Shown here piece by piece: positions 1-14,095 of a stretch of DNA of 64,000 bases. Source of the DNA: the human T2T-CHM13v2.0 reference genome, Homo sapiens; the NCBI RefSeq assembly GCF_009914755.1, contig NC_060925.1, one strand, 5' to 3'. The first letter of the stretch is position 1. Each line of letters begins with the position of its first letter. Both the position numbers and the translations under genes were made by a program. Under the pieces are notes generated by a model that saw only the letters and a list, made by a program, of their open reading frames with translations, made no database searches and was not told the DNA's origin.

Positions 1-533
1 AACCAAATTTATTCCAGTTGACAAGGTGCGTGGGCATTGGGAACAACGTGGGTGGGGGCACAGCCTCCTCTGTCCCGGCCGAAATCCAGTCCTGCAGAGA
101 TTTGGAGCACAGAGCATCAGGGCCGCCTGTGAGGCACAGAGCGAATGGGGCACCAGCCTGCCCTCGGCCTCAGACACGGAGAGGCTCCCACGGCACTGAG
201 CCACGCATGGCCACGCGACAGAGGGACAGAATGCCGTGGCCGTGTAGGGGAGCTGCACTCTGCGTGGCCCTGGGATGGGAAAATCCAGGGAAACAGACAC
301 TGTTATGGATGTGAGCATCGGCTGCCAGAACGAGAGGAAGCAGAAGAGGGGAAAAGGCCGATTATCGTAGAAGAGTTAGGAAAATCAATCAAAGATACCC
401 CCTTGAGAACAGTTAAGTTCACAGCTGTGAGTTCTGGAAACCTTTATGTTTTAAAAATGATTCCGAGGACTCAGAGGGTAAAGCTCGCACCAACTTAATT
501 TGTTATTGCCTTTTCTATCAAAGTTATGCTTGT

Positions 534-800
534 GGCCGGACACAGTGGTTCGCATTTGGGAGGTCAAGGCGGGCGGATCACTTGAGGTCAGGAGTTCGAG
601 ACAAGCGTGGTCAGCATGATGAAACCCTGTCTCTACTAAAAATACAAAAAAATTAGCTGGATGTGGTGGCGGGCACCTATAATTCCAGCTACTCTGGAGG
701 CTGAGGCAGGACAATCGCTTGCACCTGGAAGGCGGAGGTTGCAGTGAGCTCAGATGGCACCATTGCCCTCCAGCCTGGGCAACAGAGTGAGACTCTGTCT

Positions 801-831
<31 letters not shown>
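534..831 (+). mobile_element. Alu (AluS-like) with short 5' internal deletion
   Basis: GGCCGGACACAGTGG start, dimeric body, A31 tail; flanked by AGTTATGC(T/C)TGT target-site duplication. Confidence 0.95.
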
Positions 832-834
<3 letters not shown>

Positions 835-1639
835 AGTTATGCCTGTAGGTTGCTTGAGAGTCAAACACTTCTGCAAGGCTTGGACACATATGATCTTCAG
901 GCCGCGCCGAGGCCACCAGCTCCGTGTGCTGGGAGGCTCCTGTGTTTACTTCCAACGTCACTGGCAAACGGCAGCTTCTCAGCACTCCAGCTTCAGGGTC
1001 AGCCCTGAATCTGCCCTGTGGAAGGGGCTGTTTGCCGCCCTCCCACCTCTCGTCCCGCCGTCACGCGCCGCGCCTGGTCTCTGCTGTCACTCTGCTGGGC
1101 GCCGGGGACTAGCTTGGTGCCAGGTCCACCGTGGCCGCCTGTTCTCACCCGAACTCTGAGCTGTTTCCCTGAAGTTAATAATCGCCTTTGCTTTTCTTCT
1201 TGCTTAGCTTTCTCTGAACTCATTACTAATTCAGCCTCAGACTCTCCCCCATGACTTAAATTCCGGCACGCCAGGTATTTCTGAGGGGCCTCCGGGAGCC
1301 TCCTGCCCTGCCCGGGGCTGGTCGGCTCCCTCGGGCCTGGGGCAGGGCTGGCGTCTTGCAGGCTTCGTGGTCCGTGTCACAAAGGTCCCATTGCTTCTCC
1401 CCTGGGTGGGATTTTCCCGGGCCCCACACCTCCCCTTTCTTGTCTTCTCAGTGTTTTGGTGGAACAAGCCCCTCGCAGCTCCCCGTGAGGTGCAGGGGGT
1501 GGGCCCCCACCACGCCCACAGCTGCAGCTGCCTGTGAAGGGCACAGGGCGGGCCCCCACCAAGGCCTTCGCTTCCCTGCGAGTTGAGAAAACCTCGCCGC
1601 AGGGTCCCCGGCTCCCGAGGCTGCTGTGGGTCCGGCAAT

Positions 1640-2510
1640 GGCATCCCAACCCCGGGGCCTTGGTATGGAACCTGTTTCTGCGGGTTTTTTCCTGAAAGTT
1701 TTTGGGGCCTTCTTTTTGTCTCCATCTCTGCTGTCCTGTGAAGGTGGATCTTTGTGTGGTTCCGTTTTCATCCCTTTCACGGGGTCCTCAGTGGCTCTTT
1801 CTGTCTGGAAATGCCTGAGCTTCGGCTCCAGGAAATGTTCTTGAATTACAATTTTTAAATGATTTTGTTCTTTATCTTTTCTTTTTGTTGTTGCTCTCTC
1901 TTTCTCTGGTGAATATTGCTGCAATTTGGAGCAGGTCCTCTAATCACCTTTTCTATCCCATTTTCTTTGCCTTTTCACGTCACGTTCGGGGAACGTCCTG
2001 GCTCCGTCCCTTCCAGCGCTTTTCGTTTCTGTCCTCGGAGTCATTCTTTTTAAGACGGAGTCTCGCTCTGTCGCCCAGGCTGGAGTGCAGTGATGTGATC
2101 TCGGCTCACTGCAAGCTCCGCCTCCTGGTTCACGCCATTCTCCTGCCTCAGCCTCCCGAGTAGCTGGGACTACAGGTGCCCACCACCATGCCTGGCTAAT
2201 TTTTTGTATTTTTAGTAGAGACGGGGTTTCACCGTGTCGGCCAGGATGGTCTCGATCTCCTGACCTCATGATCCGCCCGCCTCGGCCTCCCATAGTGCTG
2301 GGATGACAGGCGTGAGCCGCCACGCCCGGCCCCTCGGAGTCGTTCTTTCTGTTGCATCCTCATGGTTTTCTGTGGCCACGTGCTTTCGCTCATCTCTTCG
2401 AGGACGTTCCTGATAGTTTGTGCCTCTTCTTTTCAAGGCTTCTTCTCCTTGCACAAGACGGTCTGGAGAAAAACCCGCATTTCCTTCCGTCACACTGACC
2501 ACATTTAACT
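1640..2510 (-). mobile_element. Old L1M-like fragment, interrupted by an Alu
   Basis: T-rich, L1-like phrases such as CTCCAGGAAATGTTCTTGAATTA; boundaries approximate. Confidence 0.4.
2046..2331 (-). mobile_element. AluY
   Basis: T tract, GACGGAGTCTCGCTCTGTCGCCCAGG, GCAAGCTCCGCC/CACGCCATTCTCC AluY diagnostics, ends CACGCCCGGCC. Confidence 0.95.
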
Positions 2511-3244
2511 TAAAATGGGAAGAGAGCAAAACATTCCACAGGCAAAGTCAGGGGACTATTTTAATGACAGAGACACATGGTTGAAATCAATGCTGCACTC
2601 TGAGCCCTTAGAAACCGTCGCAAAGGACTCCACGGAAGGGTGGGGGCAGCCCCAGCGAGGTCGTCAGGGAGCAGAGCCCGAGTCATGGGACACAAGGCCG
2701 GACCCCTCACCGCCAGGGAAGCGGAGTCACAGGCACGTGGCCCTCTGCGCCCAGGGTCAGGGCACGGGAGGCAGAGCCTGAGACGGGGGTGCCCATGCAG
2801 GGTGTGCTGGGGGTGGGGTTGTGGGGCCTCTCAGGGGCAAGGGGCAGGACCGGACAGCAGAGAGATCCCACTCCTGCCTGAGACCCGCCGCCATCGCCGC
2901 CGCGAGCCCTGCGTTGGGCATTGGGGCCAGGCACCTGCCAGGAGGGCCTCTTCCGAGGTGGGGTGTCACCTGGGATGTGTCCGCTGGCAAATGGGAGAAA
3001 CACCAGGGCGGCTGCCGGGGAGGTCGATGTCAGGGAGCCCGTAGCCCTGAGCCCATGTGTGGAGGAAGCCCTTTGTCTGAGGAGCCTGCGGCCGCCTTGG
3101 ACCCTGGATGCTTGCAGGGAATCTACACAGGGTTGTCAGGTACGACAAGGGTGCCCAGGGCTGAGGAGGGTGCCCATGCGGCCTCCTACAATGCGTATGG
3201 GAAGCCGGTGAACGCCCTCCCTCAGGGCTGGCCGGGTGCGTCTG

Positions 3245-3610
3245 GGGTTGTCCTAGCTCCAGCTGCTGGAACAAAATACCGAGCCTGGGGACTTAAGCAA
3301 CAGAAATGTATTTTCTCACAGCCTCGGAGGGGGAGGGGAAGGTCCGGTGTCCCAGGGTTGCCGGGCTGGTTCTGCGGAGGCCTCTCCCGCTGCTGCCTTC
3401 TCTCAGGCGGCCTCTGCGCAGGTCCGTCCCGTGTCCCTCTGCCCTAACCTCCTCCTGCAACTAGGACACCAGTGGGACCCGGCCAGGGCTCATCCTCACG
3501 GCTGCTTCCCACATACTCACCTGTCTCGTAGCCCCTTCTCCACACACGCTCGCGTTGTTGGTACTGAGAGTTTGGATTCTAACCATGAACTCTGGGGGCA
3601 CAACCTGCCA
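3245..3610. mobile_element. MLT1-type MaLR LTR remnant
   Basis: AACAAAATACC...GGACTTAAGCAACAGAAATGTATTTTCTCACAG resembles the MLT1 terminal signature. Confidence 0.6.
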
Positions 3611-4418
3611 GAGGGGTCACTGTGTAGCCCGGGGGACCTTGCAATGTCTCATCCTTAAAACCCCAGGAAGAGCAGAGCTCTGCTGCGTGTGCTCGCGGGT
3701 TCCGCCTGAGAGCAGGGTGGTTCCGGGCTGTGTGTTCCGCCTGAAAGCTGAGTTTTAGGAGCAAGCAGGAAACACAGAGGAGAAGGACCAGGAACCCTGG
3801 GGAGCCCGGGGGAGCTACAGGTGGAGAAAACTGCCCTGAGAGTGGTGGGGAGGGCAGGTCACACCCACCCCAGGGAAGGTCGCTTGGGTTTACGTGGAGA
3901 CGTTGTTTTGGGGTGGCGGGGCCTGGGTGTCCAGCATCCCTGGTACATCCCTCCTGGTGGGGTCCTGCCAAGGATGACGCTCCGGCTGGGTGGGCACTGC
4001 AGTCTCAATGCTCGGGGTCCGGTGTGGGGGGCTCCCGGTGGCTGCACCCCTCGCCCTGCGCCCTGCCCGCCGCCTGCCTGCCCGGCCTCCTCAGCAGATG
4101 CTGGGCTCTGACCCCAGCGTCAGGCAGAGGCTGGGCCGGCGGCCAGGACGACTCCGCCTGGGGTTTAATGTTCCACTTCCTCCCCGCTGACTGACCCTAC
4201 GCAGGCACTGGCCCTACTCTGAGGCCTCCCAGCCTCCCTTCCACAGGTCTGGCTGGGGAGGTGGTTGACGTGGGGAGGGAAAGCTTCCCAGGACGTAGAT
4301 TTTGTTTTCTTTTCCTGGAAAAGGGCGGCTGCTCATGCTTCCTTGCTGAGGTCCCCTCCTGTGTCCAAGAAAACTTAGTGGTTTTCTCTCTCTCCTAAGA
4401 AATACAGGCCTCAGGTAA

Positions 4419-5010
<592 letters not shown>

Positions 5011-5356
5011 TCAGGGGGGAGGGGTCTCCTGCAGGCCTGGCATAGTGTGGCTGTCCCTACACCCAGACCCTGCACACGGCCCCGCGACACGGGGAGGCTG
5101 AGGCCTCGCAGGGCCCTGGGTGTCTCCACCAGCTCCTCGGGGTCCGCTGTCCTGCTGAGGTGCCCGCAGGACCCTCAGTGGGATGGGCACCAGCCCTTTT
5201 CAGCGTTCCGCCGAACAGGGGCCCAGAGTGCCTGAGAGGCGCCTGTGTTTGCACATTTGGAGGCCGGTGGGGGTCCGTGCAGGCGCAGAGCCCCACAGTA
5301 GCAGGTGGCCCCGTGGGGAGGCTCCCCGATGGGTACATCCCGCAGCAGCATCTGAC

Positions 5357-5470
5357 ATCTGAGTCTGCAGCCCCTCTCAGGAGGGGGCACCGTGAGGGGT
5401 GTGGCTTCCTCGCCATCTGAGGCTGCAGCCCCTCTCAGGAGGGGGACACCGTGAGGGGGTGGCTTACTCG
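5357..5470. repeat. Two-copy ~58-bp tandem duplication
   Basis: CATCTGAG(T/G)CTGCAGCCCCTCTCAGGAGGGGG..CACCGTGAGGGG present twice. Confidence 0.85.
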
Positions 5471-5910
5471 CCAGGCTCCCTGGGGGCTGGGCAGCGATGG
5501 CTGGCTTCCCAGGGGCCTTCCTGAGTCACGGACCCATGGGGTCCTGGCTGACTTTGCCTGCGGCGTCAAAGGGCTTGAATCTCCGTGTAGCCACCGAGGC
5601 CTCCACTCCTGGAGACCCCACCCGTGATCCCACCTCCCCCAGGCAGATATCTTGGCTGCAGCCATTGTCCATCCCCCGGGGTCACCGTCCCCTCCCCGCC
5701 CCGATGCTCTGACCACCCGGGGGCTCCTCCCGTATCCTTTGGGCCTTCGGGAGACCCCACTCCACCACGGGGGCCTGGATACAGGGTCTTGCCACCTCCC
5801 TCCCCAGGGAGGGGCCTGGGAGAGTCTGGAATGGGATGGTCGCAGGCAGTGGGGGCCCTCAGGGTAGGGGCCTGATCTGTGCATTTGGGCACAAATTCCC
5901 TGGGCGTAAA

Positions 5911-6504
5911 TGTCACCGGAAAGGGATCCCAAAGAGGGCTCTTGGACCTCGAGCAAGAAACAGTTTGGGGGAGTCCACTGATAAACTGAAAGCAAGTTTA
6001 ATAGGAAAGTAAAGGAATAAGAGAAGGGCTGCCCCATAGGCTGAGCAGCGGCCTGGGCTACTCCACTGAGAATACTTATTGTTGTTTCTTGATATGTACT
6101 AAACATGGTGTGGATTATTCCGGACTTTTCTGGGAAAGGGGCAGGCAATTCCCAGAAGTGAGGGTTCCTCCCTCTTTTAGACCATCTAGGGTAACGTCCT
6201 GGCGTTGCCGTGGCAACTAAACTGTCCTGGTGCTGGTGGGCGTGTCTCTCATGCTAATGTATTATAATCAGCGCATAATGAGCAGTGAGGACTGGCTGTC
6301 TTGGTTTTGGTGATTTGGGGCCGGCTTCTTCACAGCATCTTGTTTTATCAGCGGGGTCTTTGTGACCAGTCTTGTGCCAACCTCCTATCTCATCCTGTAA
6401 CTAAGGATGCCTGACCTCATGGGAACGTGGCCCAGCCGGGCTCAGCCTCATTTTACCCAGGCCCTGTGCAAGATGGAGTTGCTCTGGTTCAAAGGTCTCT
6501 GACA
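5911..6504 (-). mobile_element. MER41-family ERV1 solo LTR
   Basis: Reverse complement starts TGTCAGAG...TTTGAACCAGAGCAACTCCATCTTG...GGGTAAAATGAGGCTGAG (MER41 5' end); TG...CA termini; 4-bp TSD TAAA (5907-5910, 6505-6508). Confidence 0.88.
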
Positions 6505-7549
6505 TAAAGACCTCAACCAGGCTGGTCTCACGCTGCCAGGACAGCTGGTGAGTGCAGGTGGGCAGGGGCCACTGCCCCAGCTCCCGTGGGCAAGGCTGAG
6601 GGTGAGGGGTTCCGGAGCGTTCCACATTCTCCTTGCAATGCTGGAAGCACGGGTGTCTCCCATCCCGACACGCCTCATTCTGTCTGCAGCTCACAGGGCC
6701 CGGCTTCTGCAGCTCACAGGGTCCGGCTTCTGGAAATTCTGCTTTTGCATTTTGTACTCTGTCCAGGGGCCAAAACCCAGGTCTGGAATTGGTGTGGTCC
6801 CTGGTGGCACAAACCAGTCCTGGCTAAGAGGCCGGCCCCTCTCACTCCACTGAAGAGACAGGGGGCTGCATGCTGAGAGGGCCAAGGCCAAAAGGAGCCT
6901 GCTGCTGTTCACAGCCCCCTGTGTGCCTGGGGCCCACTGTTCACAGCCCTCTGGGTGCCTGGGGGCTGGGCTGGGGGCTACTGCAACCCTTGGCCTATGG
7001 TGTGGTCGAGGGAAGGGGAAGGGACAGGGCTTTGAGAAACACGGTGATGGGGGTGAGGGTGGGGACTGGGGACGGTGGGCGTGGAGGTGGAGGCCCTGTG
7101 GGTGCTGGGCAGGGCAGAGGAGCTAGGCCAGATGCTGTGTTTGTGTGGGGTGCTGAGTGGCCAGCCTAAAACCTTCTGAGAAAGTAGGATCCAGCACAGG
7201 GAGCTTCAGCTTCTCTGATGGGAGGCAGGAGGGGGTCAGGTGGGAGCTGCAGGGCGTGTCGAGCCGGCCCTGCCCTGGGTCCCTGCGGGCCGCCTGGCAC
7301 ACAGGAGGGCGGTTCCTTTCCTGTTGGACCCGGTCTCACTTCATTTGCCCACGTTAATTGGGGCGCAGGTGCAGCTCTCGGGCAAACAAAGGTGCGGTCG
7401 CCAGGTGGACTTAACCCTTTCCCTGGCACTGGCGGGGCCTGGGGGGAGGCAGCAGGAGGGGCGGCCGGGTGGTCAGTTTGAGGACCTGGCCCCACGTGCC
7501 TTTGTGGGATGGTGGGGACCCCACACCCCCGCTGGCTGGGCTGGGATGG

Positions 7550-8100
7550 TCGGGCCCTGGGCGGGGCAGGGGCTGCACCTGGGCCTCTGGGCCACCTGCC
7601 TGGCTCGGTCGCGCCCCTTCTTTGGTTTCCAGCTAACGACGCGGCGCCCACCGAGAGCTGGGGGAGCCCAGGGCGGGGAGGGCGCGGCCGGAGCGAGCGC
7701 CGCCCGGGAAACCCGAGCCCCGCCAGGTGCGCGGGGACAAAGGCGGTGCCGGGAGGGCGGGTCCTGGGGGTCCCCCTGCCCCCTCTGCGGTGCGTTGGGA
7801 GCTCCCGTCCTCCTGCGCACACTCAGGGAAAGACCGGAGGAACCGTGGCGGGGGTCGAGGCCGGCGTGGGGTGGGGGCGCCAGGGGGGCGGGCGGGGCCC
7901 AGAGCCCGGGACACGCGACGAGGGGCCGGACCCCGAGGATGCGAGGATGCGGGGACCCTGCCCCCGCTGGGCCGGGTTTTGGGGGCCCGGGACACTCAGC
8001 CCCGCCCCCCGCAGGCTCTCTGTGGCCCTGGGGTGGGAGGGCTGCGGTCGAGAACCCCCCACGCGGCCCCTCCCCGGAACCCGCAGGCTGTGCACCCTCT
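7550..8100. promoter_or_regulatory. CpG island / probable lncRNA promoter
   Basis: Dense CpG and several GGGCGG GC boxes. Confidence 0.75.
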
Positions 8101-8162
8101 GGACTGAAGTCACCCGTCAGTCCCGGCTGGGGGTTTCCGGGAACAGGGCAGGTGCTTTAAAG

Positions 8163-8354
8163 CAGGGGTGGCCGATCTTTTGGCTTCCCTGGGCCACATT
8201 GGAAGAATTGTCTTGGGCCACACATAAAATACACTAACGATAGCTGATGAGCGAAAAAAAAATTGCCAAAAAAATCCCATTATGTTTTATGTTTTAAGAA
8301 GGTTTACAAATTTGTGTCGGACCCCATTCACAGCAGCCTGCTGCCATTGGACAG
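8163..8354 (+). mobile_element. MER30 (hAT-Charlie MITE)
   Basis: CAGGGGTGGCCGATCTTTTGGCTTCCCTGGGCCACATTGGAAGAATTGTCTTGGGCCACACATAAAATACACTAACGATAGCTGATGAGC; 8-bp flank duplication CTTTAAAG (8155-8162, 8355-8362). Confidence 0.9.
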
Positions 8355-8814
8355 CTTTAAAGCCTGGAGGGCTTGCGACTGGGCGTGTACCCTCCCCGCC
8401 TCCCTCCCCCTCTCCCTCCCAGCCCAGCCCTTGGCTGGGTCCTGGGGCGGGGCCCGGGGTCCTCTGTCCAGGAGGTCTGGTTCCCCCAGCAGTGAGTGGG
8501 GTGGGCCCTGCAGGGGGTCTTGGCCATTGCAGTGGGGACCCCTGAGCCTGCCAGCAGGAGTGAGGACTCTCAGAGGAAGGGGTTCCCTAAGGGATTCGCA
8601 CCCCTCCTCTCCCACCAGGCACATGCTCAGGTGTGGCCCAGCCTCTGGGTTCAGGCTCACGTCCTGTGTGGCCTGGAGGGAGTTCACGCCTCAGGGGTGT
8701 CTTCCCATCCCAGGAGCCCATGGAGGCCTTCAGGACAGGGCTGTGCGAGAGGAGGTCGTGCCCACGAGTTCCTGCCCGGTGGGAATGAGCAGGGGGCGGG
8801 CGGGGGGTCTCAGG

Positions 8815-8872
8815 GCGAGATCTCCGCTCACCGCAACCTCCGCCTCCCAGGTTCAAGCCACTGTGCCCGGCC
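8815..8872 (-). mobile_element. Internally deleted Alu remnant
   Basis: Right-arm CTCACCGCAACCTCCGCCTCCCAGGTTCAAGC fused directly to left-end CACTGTGCCCGGCC. Confidence 0.8.
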
Positions 8873-8887
8873 TGGGGATTCATTTTA

Positions 8888-9323
<436 letters not shown>

Positions 9324-9686
9324 TCAGACACAACTGTCGGTGCCTCAGGCAATGGTCACCACAGCAGAGGGCTGGGGCACCACACGCTGTGCTTGGGGGA
9401 GGTCTGGGGGGATTCTGCGGTGTGAGAACTTAGGGAGAAGCTCTCTGAAGACGGACCTGCCCGTCTGGGGACAGGTTGGGGGGCCTGGGGCTTGCAGTGT
9501 TGCAGGTGAACTCTAGGGCCCTATCTCTGCAATGGGACGGCCTCCAGGTCATGGGAGGGCCCAGCCTGCGGGTTCTGGACCCCAGGGGCCACACTGGGCG
9601 GGACCCCGTTCACAAGGCGGGAAGGAATCCTGCCCCAGGACCACCCACAGAGGCATCCTGAGCTGCATCCGGGGGAAGCAGGACTC

Positions 9687-11331
9687 CGAACCGGGGGACC
9701 TGGGTCCTGGGGAGCTTCCTGGGGTCAGAAGGTGGGGGTGTCAACGTCGAACCGGGGGACCTGGGTCCTGGGGAGTTTCCTGGGGTCAGAAGGTAGGGGT
9801 GTCAATGTCGAACCGGGGGACCTGGGTCCTGGGGAGCTTCCTGGGGTCAGAAGGTGGGGGTGTCAACGTCGAACCGGGGGACCTGGGTCCTGGGGAGCTT
9901 CCTGGGTTCAGAAGGTGGGGGTGTCAGCATCGAACCGGGGGACCTGGGTCCTGGGAGCTTCCTGAGGTCAGAAGGTGGGGGTGTCAGCATCGAACCGGGG
10001 GACCTGGGTCCTGGGGAGCTTCCTGGGGTCAGAAGGTGGGGGTGTCAGCATCGAACCGGGGGACCTGGGTCCTGGGGAGCTTCCTGGGGTCAGAAGGTGG
10101 GGGTGTCAGCATCGAACCGGGGGACCTGGGTCCTGGGGAGCTTCCTGGGGTCAGAAGGTGGGGGTGTCAGCATCGAACCGGGGGACCTGGGTCCTGGGGA
10201 GCTTCCTGGGGTCAGAAGGTGGGGGTGTCAGCATCGAACCGGGGGACCTGGGTCCTGGGGAGCTTCCTGGGGTCAGAAGGTGGGGGTGTCAGCATCGAAC
10301 CGGGGGACCTGGGTCATGGGGAGCTTCCTGGGGTCAGAAGGTGGGGGTGTCAACGTCGAACCGGGGGGCCTGGGTCCTGGGGAGCTTCCTGGGGTCAGAA
10401 GGTAGGGGTGTCAACGTCGAACCGGGGGACCTGGGTCCTGGGGAGCTTCCTGGGTTCAGAAGGTGGGGGTGTCAGCATCGAACCGGGGGACCTGGGTCCT
10501 GGGGAGCTTCCTGAGGTCAGAAGGTGGGGGTGTCAGCATCGAACCGGGGGACCTGGGTCCTGGGGAGCTTCCTGGGGTCAGAAGGTGGGGGTGTCAGCAT
10601 CGAACCGGGGGACCTGGGTCCTGGGGAGCTTCCTGGGTTCAGAAGGTGGGGGTGTCAGCATCGAACCGGGGGACCTGGGTCCTGGGGAGCTTCCTGGGGT
10701 CAGAAGGTGGGGGTGTCAGCATCGAACCGGGGGACCTGGGTCCTGGGGAGCTTCCTGGGGTCAGAAGGTGGGGGTGTCAGCATCGAACCGGGGGACCTGG
10801 GTCATGGGGAGCTTCCTGGGGTCAGAAGGTGGGGGTGTCAACGTCGAACCGGGGGGCCTGGGTCCTGGGGAGCTTCCTGGGGTCAGAAGGTAGGGGTGTC
10901 AACGTCGAACCGGGGGACCTGGGTCCTGGGGAGCTTCCTGGGGTCAGAAGGTGGGGGTGTCAACGTCGAACCGGGGGACCTGGGTCCTGGGGAGCTTCCT
11001 GGGGTCAGAAGGTGGGGGTGTCAACGTCGAACCGGGGGACCTGGGTCCTGGGGAGCTTCCTGGGTTCAGAAGGTGGGGGTGTCAGCATCGAACCGGGGGA
11101 CCTGGGTCCTGGGGAGCTTCCTGGGTTCAGAAGGTGGGGGTGTCAGCATCGAACCGGGGAACCTGGGTCCTGGGGAGCTTCCTGGGGTCAGAAGGTGGGG
11201 GTGTCAACGTCGAACCGGGGGACCTGGGTCCTGGGGAGCTTCCTGGGGTCAGAAGGTGGGGGTGTCAACGTCGAACCGGGGGACCTGGGTCCTGGGGAGC
11301 TTCCTGGGGTCAGAAGGTGGGGGTTTCAATG
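9687..11331. repeat. 61-bp G-rich minisatellite, ~27 copies
   Basis: Unit GAACCGGGGGACCTGGGTCCTGGGGAGCTTCCTGGGGTCAGAAGGTGGGGGTGTCAGCATC. Confidence 0.98.
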
Positions 11332-11709
11332 TGTAAAGCAGTGAAATGGGTCCCAGAGAGTCCACAGGTGGAGAACGGCCTTCACCAGGCAGCCAGGGAA
11401 CGGTGTGGGGTGCTCACCAACACCCCGTCACTGCTCCAGAACCCCTGGCAGCCACAGAGCTCAGGCTTCAACGCTGGCCCGACACCAGGGCCAGGCCAGA
11501 AATCAGCCTGGGAGAAGCTGGGTCCGGCTCCGAGGCTGGTGGGCACGGCCCCACCCGGCTTTGTTCTTCGCGGCGCTGAGGCGGTTAGTTTAGCCTCCCA
11601 CCCACCAGACAAAGGTGCGGGAAATGGGACCGGTTTGACTTGTTCAGGTGGGCACTCGGGGGTCCCGGCAAACCGTCTCCTCAAAAGCCCCCCGTGCACT
11701 AGCACGCCT

Positions 11710-12215
11710 CCCCAAATCCCGTCCCCAACCCCATCCCCACCCCCATCCCCACCCCCGTCCCCGCCCCCAGCCCCATCCCTGCCCCCATCCCCAACGCCTT
11801 CCTCACACCATCCCCCGATCCCCATCCCTGTCCCCACCCCCGCCCCACCCCCATTCCCCCATCCCCACCCCCGTCCCCATCCCATCCCTGTCCCCATCCC
11901 CTACCCCTTCTTCACCCCATCCCCCCGCCCTCACCCCCACCCCATCCCCACCCCCATATCCACCCCCGTCCCTGCCCCCATCCTTACCCCCATCCCCGCC
12001 CCGTCCACAACCCCATCCTTACCTCTATCCCCACCCACATCCTTACCCCCATCCCCGCCCCGTCCACAACCCCATCCTTCCCCCGCCTCCACCCCCCGCC
12101 CCCACCACATCCCCACCCCTGTCCCCACCCCTGTCCCCACCCTCATCCCCACCCCTGTCCCCCCCATCCCTGCTTCCCCAACTGCATCCACCTGACTCCC
12201 TCCTGTCCCCACCAA
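11710..12215. repeat. C-rich degenerate hexamer tract (CCCCAT/CCCCAC/CCCCGT)n
   Basis: About 500 bp of C4-run hexamers. Confidence 0.9.
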
Positions 12216-12654
12216 CCCGGCCAAGCGTCCTCCCTCTCAGAGGCTCTCGCTTGCCCCCCACAGTGCCCCTCCAACCCCCAGCCTCAATGAACGTCCCCCG
12301 GCCTGGCCTCCTGCACCCAGAGAGTGGCCTTCGGAGGCCGCAGCCGTCTCGCCCACGGTCCCCGGTCCATGCTGCTCCCTCCTCTCAGCTCCCCTCAGCC
12401 CGAGCCCCAGGAGACAGGCACCTGGGCCCGTGGGCCGACCGGGGGAGACCCTGCATGGTTGTGGATCCCTGGGGGCAGCTTCACGCTGGGCTTTGGTCCC
12501 CAGGGCCCAAGACCACTCCCCTACCCTCGGCTCCACAGCTGACCTGGCTACAGGAAACACCGGCCCCTCTTTGGCTTCTGAAGACCCCACAGGCTCTTGC
12601 CACCCCCGCCTGCCTCCTCCTCACGTCAACCCGTCAGTCCTCGGCGTGGACGCT

Positions 12655-12770
12655 GTCCTCAGGAGAGGGGAGCCCCCAGGCCTGGACCCCTCTGTGCTCG
12701 GGAGAGGGGAGCCCCCAGGCCTGGACCCCTCTGTGCTCGGGAGAGGGGAGCCCCCAGGCCTGGACCCCTC
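12655..12770. repeat. 39-bp tandem repeat x3
   Basis: CTCGGGAGAGGGGAGCCCCCAGGCCTGGACCCCTCTGTG. Confidence 0.9.
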
Positions 12771-12838
12771 GGCTGGGGCCCTGCGCTCCCACTGAGCCGT
12801 GTCTGCCCTCAGTCCCCAGCACACCATCCCCGTCTCTC

Positions 12839-13136
<298 letters not shown>

Positions 13137-13857
13137 CCGTCCCCGTCTTTCAGTCAAGACCGTCCTCCCCACAGCACCCCTGCACTGCCGCCCTCTCAGC
13201 CTCCCGTTTAGCAAAACGGTTCCCCCACTGCCTCCTGCCACGACCCCAGCCTCCCCTCGGCCTCTGAAGGCAGCCGGGACCCCTGCTGTCCTCCCACCTC
13301 CCCACCTGCACGCTCTGCTCCTCCTACCTTCTAAAAGGATCTTCCTTCTCCAGGCACATGGTCACCCTGCACGTCAGGGGCCGGCTCACCCCTGATATTA
13401 GCAACCCCAAGCGTCTTGGCGCAGGGAGGGATCCCCGTCAGCCAGGTCCCCACGCAGCTCCAGGCAGCGCCAGCGTCCACCAGGGAGCAGGGGCAGCAGA
13501 GCCCTTCTCCCCAGACACCCTTGTGTCTTCGGAAAATGCCAGGTCCCCCCCCAGCTGCTGTTCTCGTCTTTGGAGGACCCGGCTTTACTGGTGCCACATG
13601 CCTGCTGCGGGCTGTGCCATGGAGGGCGGCACCTGCCTCTTCTCACGTGGCAGCTCTGGCACCGGGAACTTCAGAGACCCCAGCTGGGCTGAGCCACCCC
13701 GGGCTGAGGCCTTGTGGGTCGCCTCAAATTCAAGCCTCATGGGCCCGGCCTCCCGCCCTAACGGTCGCTGAAGTGTCCTGCTCTCATACGAACTTGTGTC
13801 TAAAACTGTGGTCTTTGCTTTTCTCCCAAACCCGCCTCCCCGCGCTGCCTACCTCAG

Positions 13858-14095
13858 GCCTGGGGGCTCCCCCGACTTGTTCTCTATTCCCCCAGCCCCT
13901 CACTGCCTGGGGGCTCCCCCGACTCACTCTCTAGGCCCCCAGCCCCACACTGCCTGGGGGCTCCCCCGACCCTCTCTCTATTCTCCCAGCCCCGCACTGC
14001 CTGGGGGCTCCCCCGACCCTCTCTCTATTCTCCCAGCCCTGCACTGCCTGGGGACTCGCCTGACTCGCTCTCTATTCCCCCAGCCCCACACTGCA
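13858..14095. repeat. 47-bp tandem repeat x5
   Basis: CTGCCTGGGG at 13903, 13950, 13997, 14044; unit ~CTGCCTGGGGGCTCCCCCGACCCTCTCTCTATTCTCCCAGCCCCGCA. Confidence 0.9.

Noticed and set aside
451-876. Alu-derived ORFs ([17 protein letters not shown], poly-F/K) here and throughout
   Set aside because: Standard Alu translation artefacts
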